From IMG/VR virus record IMGVR_UViG_3300027533_000028, positions 1 through 49,256 of that record: a DNA stretch of 49,256 nt. One strand, 5' to 3'. The translations under genes and the position numbers were made by a program. This document shows positions 45,185 through 49,256 of the stretch, in pieces; positions within the stretch are counted from its first letter, which is position 1; every line of letters starts with the position of its first letter. This stretch comes from a virus. Its lineage: Duplodnaviria > Caudoviricetes. Under the pieces are notes generated by a model, which was not told the origin of the DNA, made no database searches, and worked only from the letters and a program-made list of their open reading frames with translations.

Positions 45185-47076
45185 GCTTCTACAGGTTTTT
45201 CGCTATTACATTCGACTAAATTCTGCAGCAACATTTCATCGGTAACGGTTAATCTTCGAATCTCGAAATCATTGTTTCCGAAGAAAACTTCCCAAGTGTT
45301 TTGGGTTCTGATTTGCCCTCCAGGAAACACAACATAAATTCGGGAATCTAATCGCGGGATATTAATATTAATTTTCTCCCCTGCGATTATCGGTTGTTTA
45401 GAAATATGCGTTACGTTAAAAGGAGGTTTGTTTTCAAACATATAAGCTCCGATAAAATATTGCCGTTCTTTTGTCGGCATGTCGAGCGATGAATGAAAGA
45501 AAGATAGATAATGTTCACCAACTAAAACGGGCGAAGTTCCGCCTCTTAATATTCCCCATTTCCACTCATGCGGAAATCTTGTTTCATGTGCTGTTTTCCA
45601 TTCCTGCCCGTTCATCTTTAAAATCGTATGCGGGAAGATTTGATAAACAGAGTAAAGTTCATTTTCATATTCAAAGAAAGTCCAATTCTTTTCAGTTCGG
45701 TCTTTATTAGGCTTATAGATATAAAAACTTTCTGTTGCCTGTAATGTTTCGGAGTTTATTTTAGCCTGTCCCATTTGGTAACCATCGCAGTATGATAAAT
45801 AAAGTTCATCATTAAAGATAAATAAACGCGGGTCTTCCACATGAAAACCTTTTGCATATTTCCGTAAATCAGAATGTAAATTTAAAAGTACATTTGTTGA
45901 TCTGATGGGTTGTAAATTATCATCCAATAAACACAAACCTAATTTAGTCGTTACACAAAACGGCTTTGATTCCATGCGGTAACAGAAATATTTTTTGCCT
46001 TTATATTCGATTGCTGAACCATTAAGCCAGTTAGAAACATTTAAAGTCCTGCGGTTCGGGTTTTCGTACTGCTGAATTAATTGAGTAGAATCAATTTTAA
46101 CTGTATTTTTAATCGGGTAGAATTGCGGGAATGTTGTCGGGCTAAGTTTCCCTCTTTTAGCATTGCTGTTATCATTAAAAGTTGAAACGAGCATCGGGTT
46201 TTTAGCATCTGCATGTTTGCCTGATGTAATATCATCAAACTTATAACATCGATTCATGCCTAATGGTCTGGTGTATTTTTTAATAATCAACCTGTCGTAT
46301 AAATCCCTATATGCAGGCTTTGTAAATCTTGCTCCTCCAAATACACATAAAATAAAATGCTGTTCTGCAATTACCCTATCCCCCCTTACCATATCTGTTT
46401 TATTCGCTAAAAATAACGCATCATTTCCTATGTGAGTATCTTTAATCTTAAGTTGAGCAAGTGAACCGGCTAAATAAAGTTCATCGGGTTGATTGCCTCC
46501 CCATTGGTAGCGGAGTTCATGTAATGGTATCGGGTTAGAAATGTTTTTTAAAATTAATTTATAAAGGCTTTCTGATGCTTCACATTTTTCAATAAACTGA
46601 ATGGAAGATTGCGGAGCCGGTAAAAAAGAATCTGATTTTAAATCAAAATGCTCCCATGCTTTTGAACGGTAAGCCCAAAGCAAATAACCCATATCATCAG
46701 GATCTGTTGAATAATAAGTATTGTATAGGTATGTTAAATAATGTTTCCCTGATGCGATACATCTATCTATCAATGGTTGAATGTTTTGAAATGCAAGCGC
46801 ATCCACATCTAAAACCAAATTGTAATCATATGGTAAATAATTATAAATTGAAACTTTAACTTTTGCAGGGTTGCTTAAATCGGTTTCATCTAATAAAACC
46901 TCTTTATCAAAGAAACTCATATCATAATAACCACGCTGAAATACCTTGCCATCATGCAGCACACAAATTTGGATGTTCCTGTCGAAGTGTTTGAGGGAAA
47001 TTGCCAAGTTGTATGCCGCACGAGCATAGCAAGGATCGCCAAAGGCAATCATAAAGATTCCGTTGGTTTTACTCAT
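45181..47076 (-). CDS. Bifunctional GT-A glycosyltransferase + five-bladed beta-propeller (GH130/GT91/GT108-like) protein
   Basis: N-terminal LVLDVD (DxD); C-terminal NGS...YR, EDPRLF, EKNWTFF, RGGTSP, FFHS, VVFPGG. Confidence 0.75.
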   Translation of the reverse strand: MSKTNGIFMIAFGDPCYARAAYNLAISLKHFDRNIQICVLHDGKVFQRGYYDMSFFDKEVLLDETDLSNPAKVKVSIYNYLPYDYNLVLDVDALAFQNIQPLIDRCIASGKHYLTYLYNTYYSTDPDDMGYLLWAYRSKAWEHFDLKSDSFLPAPQSSIQFIEKCEASESLYKLILKNISNPIPLHELRYQWGGNQPDELYLAGSLAQLKIKDTHIGNDALFLANKTDMVRGDRVIAEQHFILCVFGGARFTKPAYRDLYDRLIIKKYTRPLGMNRCYKFDDITSGKHADAKNPMLVSTFNDNSNAKRGKLSPTTFPQFYPIKNTVKIDSTQLIQQYENPNRRTLNVSNWLNGSAIEYKGKKYFCYRMESKPFCVTTKLGLCLLDDNLQPIRSTNVLLNLHSDLRKYAKGFHVEDPRLFIFNDELYLSYCDGYQMGQAKINSETLQATESFYIYKPNKDRTEKNWTFFEYENELYSVYQIFPHTILKMNGQEWKTAHETRFPHEWKWGILRGGTSPVLVGEHYLSFFHSSLDMPTKERQYFIGAYMFENKPPFNVTHISKQPIIAGEKININIPRLDSRIYVVFPGGQIRTQNTWEVFFGNNDFEIRRLTVTDEMLLQNLVECNSEKPVEA

Positions 47077-47637
47077 TTAGCTGAAATTGTATTGAATCGG
47101 ATCATCAATGTCTTTCCATGAAATCTGAACAACATATTTCTGCAAATTTTCATTGGTGTTCGGAAAATCGCGGTAAGCTGAAAGCGAAATGTCGGCATCA
47201 ATGAAAGTAACAAGCTGCGTTAATCCTGATGTGGTACATTCAATGAATGCAGCCCCTTCAAAATCGCGCCTTTTAGCCTGTGAGTAGAAATAAGAGTTTT
47301 CAGGAGTAACTTTGTAATCCTCAATGTCTGCGGTACGTGTGTAATTGATAATCTTTTTTGTACCGCAAGAAGTTGTCGGATCAGATTCAATCGGTGTAGG
47401 TGCGCCCATTCCTAATTTGATATTAGAAAGACGGACAGCACAACCCGAAGCAACAAGATCATCCCATTCAGCTGTATCGCCAGGATTCTGGATGCCGCAT
47501 CCGCAGTTTAGTAAATAAAGAGTGCTTGCCCCGCCTAACCTGCCACTCGCGGAACACGCCTCGATGGTTTCATTATAATCCGGTAAACTTACGCAGCCAT
47601 CATCCGCGCAGTTATAATCCGTTGTGTTATATGCCAT
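47077..47637 (-). CDS. Major tail (tube) protein
   Basis: 186 aa acidic and beta-rich, with its own promoter and a structured leader like the MCP; no other tube candidate in the genome. Confidence 0.6.
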   Translation of the reverse strand: MAYNTTDYNCADDGCVSLPDYNETIEACSASGRLGGASTLYLLNCGCGIQNPGDTAEWDDLVASGCAVRLSNIKLGMGAPTPIESDPTTSCGTKKIINYTRTADIEDYKVTPENSYFYSQAKRRDFEGAAFIECTTSGLTQLVTFIDADISLSAYRDFPNTNENLQKYVVQISWKDIDDPIQYNFS

Positions 47638-47670
47638 TTAATTAAAATTATTAATATTAAAAACTTAGTA

Positions 47671-47743
47671 TTTGCTTTTTAAAATGCCTGCAAAATTTCC
47701 GGCAACAATTTCAGTTTTGGGTATGCTAACTGACAAAAGCAAC
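47671..47743 (-). ncRNA. Array of two tandem H-type pseudoknots in the tail-tube leader
   Basis: Units 47743-47711 and 47706-47671; the first shares the TACCCAA loop with capsid unit 1. Confidence 0.7.
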
Positions 47744-47787
47744 AATGAAAAGGAGTACTGTAAAAAATATAATTTTAATTAATGTTA

Positions 47788-47795
47788 CAAATGTA
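47788..47795 (-). promoter_or_regulatory. Bacteroidota -7 promoter box (TACATTTG)
   Basis: Matches the TAnnTTTG consensus upstream of the tail-tube leader. Confidence 0.55.
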
Positions 47796-47957
47796 TAATT
47801 TTTATTTAATTCAGAAATATATAAATTTCCATTTTCTTAACATAGGCAATATTAACTCTCACAAGTGTCGCCTGAGTAATGAAGTCATTATTCGCCACAT
47901 GCGCTAAGAAGTAAAGCGAATGTTTTTGAAGTTTACGTTTCTTAGAATTTATCATTT

Positions 47958-48170
47958 TTAAATCATTGTCGTGAATAATTCAAGAAGGACGAATGATCTC
48001 CCCTCTGTAAATATCCAATCTTCTTTATGTAATGTTTCCATCCAAAAAATAGCATCCGCCCTTTCATAAAAAAGATTAACGTCTTCATATTTATCAGGTA
48101 AATCAGTAAGGCTTTTATAATTACTTACCTCTGTTAAATCTTTCCAAATAAAATAAGTGGTTCCTTTCAT
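47958..48170 (-). CDS. Hypothetical protein
   Basis: 70 aa, starts immediately after the tail gene stop. Confidence 0.55.
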   Translation of the reverse strand: MKGTTYFIWKDLTEVSNYKSLTDLPDKYEDVNLFYERADAIFWMETLHKEDWIFTEGRSFVLLELFTTMI

Positions 48171-49256
48171 TTATGTATTCCTAAAGAATTTAACATCTGT
48201 ATCTTTTAACTGAACATTGAATGAACAGGATGCAAGTTTTGATTCCCCTGCTGCATTCCACTTCGGTATCAAATCTCCTGATATTGCAAGCCATTCTGTA
48301 AATGTTCCTGTCGGTTCGCCAATTTCAAAATGTTCACAATTTCGCTGCGTCCGTAAAGCATCTATACAACCTTCGGAAATGTGTTCGGTAATTATCTGAT
48401 AAACCTTTTCTACCTGTGAAAAGTTTCTTGATTTCGTGCCTTCGGAATAAAGGTAATCATCATTTTCCTCTTTGCCCTGCGGATTGATTGCGCGAATGTA
48501 AATACGTTGCGAAAGTTTAAATACATAAGCGGTTAAATCCACATCATAGAAACGGAAACCTAAATTATCTTCAAAGCAATACGCCTGAATCATCTTTGTG
48601 CATTCTGCCTGACTTTCTGCGATGTATTCAATACATTGAGATAAATAAGTTACATCAAAAGGTTCAATTCTACGAACAGAAACATTATCAATATTAACAG
48701 AGCCGATTGTATTTAAGAATTGAGCAACAACACTAAACCATGCTCTTTGCGGAGAGGTAAAGTCGGGGTTGAAAGAAATATCTACCGTATAACTTCCCAC
48801 AGGTGTAGAGCCTTGCGGAAACGGTACGGGAAACGGTCTTTGGTAACCACCTAAAACATTGACCGTAATATTTGCAGGATCATCATTTACTGTAATGTCA
48901 AAACTAACGCGGTAGTTATGAGGACCGGATAATATTGCAGGATTGTTCTGAAAGTTAAATGTTCCGTCAGTTCCTAAATAAAGGTTTGCTATTGTAGCGG
49001 TATGAGTTCCCACTATCCCTATTGTTACTACTAACTCATTGCCTACTACGGTAACATTTGAGCCTGATGTCTGCATCCAATAAACTCCCATTGGCGCAGA
49101 AAATCCGCCATCTACAATAATTTCTTCAAACTGAATATCGCAACGGTCATAAGCATAAATGTAATAACATCCGTTAGGTATTGCATGATCGTTATCATCT
49201 AATGTTGTATCGAACTTAAAAGAGAGTGTAACAAAATCTTCCGAATAAATTACTCT
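48171..49256 (-). CDS. Tail protein, 3' part of the junction-spanning gene (begins at 1388)
   Basis: Frame open from 49256 through 49091 to the stop at 48171. Confidence 0.8.
   Translation of the reverse strand, partial: RVIYSEDFVTLSFKFDTTLDDNDHAIPNGCYYIYAYDRCDIQFEEIIVDGGFSAPMGVYWMQTSGSNVTVVGNELVVTIGIVGTHTATIANLYLGTDGTFNFQNNPAILSGPHNYRVSFDITVNDDPANITVNVLGGYQRPFPVPFPQGSTPVGSYTVDISFNPDFTSPQRAWFSVVAQFLNTIGSVNIDNVSVRRIEPFDVTYLSQCIEYIAESQAECTKMIQAYCFEDNLGFRFYDVDLTAYVFKLSQRIYIRAINPQGKEENDDYLYSEGTKSRNFSQVEKVYQIITEHISEGCIDALRTQRNCEHFEIGEPTGTFTEWLAISGDLIPKWNAAGESKLASCSFNVQLKDTDVKFFRNT
49204..49256. repeat. Terminal direct repeat / circular overlap, right copy
   Basis: 50/53 identity to positions 1-53. 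Confidence 0.9.

Noticed and set aside
1-49256. Diversity-generating retroelement or retron
   Set aside because: No reverse transcriptase motif in any ORF; the terminal-repeat mismatches are synonymous and not a TR/VR pair
1-49256. Stop-codon reassignment (alternative genetic code)
   Set aside because: Conserved genes (terL, dnaB, TMP, portal, MCP) are full length in the standard code, and coding density is high
1-49256. tRNA genes or group I intron around the HNH gene
   Set aside because: No cloverleaf with T-loop/CCA seen in intergenic regions; the HNH gene is free-standing and the flanking genes are intact

Overview
The window looks like an essentially complete, circularly permuted ~49.2 kb tailed (siphovirus-like) phage genome. 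Its host is probably a Bacteroidota bacterium, judged from TAnnTTTG -7 promoter boxes, A-rich starts without Shine-Dalgarno sequences, and a lipoprotein and signal peptide of Bacteroidota type. The first and last 53 bp overlap (three synonymous mismatches), and one ~806-aa tail gene runs across the junction. Almost all genes are on the minus strand. Modules are: early/hypothetical genes with RecT; replication and methylation (DUF6291-like initiator, DnaB, SNF2-like helicase, N4C/N6A and C5 methyltransferases, VRR-NUC); terminase; tail (chaperone with a probable -1 frameshift, tape measure, tail proteins, tail tube); a glycosyltransferase/O-methyltransferase cassette between tail tube and portal; head and neck; fibres; and holin-like genes. 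I recognised no integrase, endolysin, tRNA or CRISPR array. The main unexplained signals are four. (1) Arrays of compact H-type RNA pseudoknots with covarying stems sit directly upstream of the major capsid gene (3 units) and the tail-tube gene (2 units). (2) A multi-enzyme methylated-glycan assembly line lies inside the virion operon. (3) Three antisense promoter-terminator small-RNA units are embedded in the late operon, one facing a 34-aa hydrophobic peptide. (4) Two C4-like switchable leaders share one architecture. All product calls come from motif recognition by eye, not from database searches.
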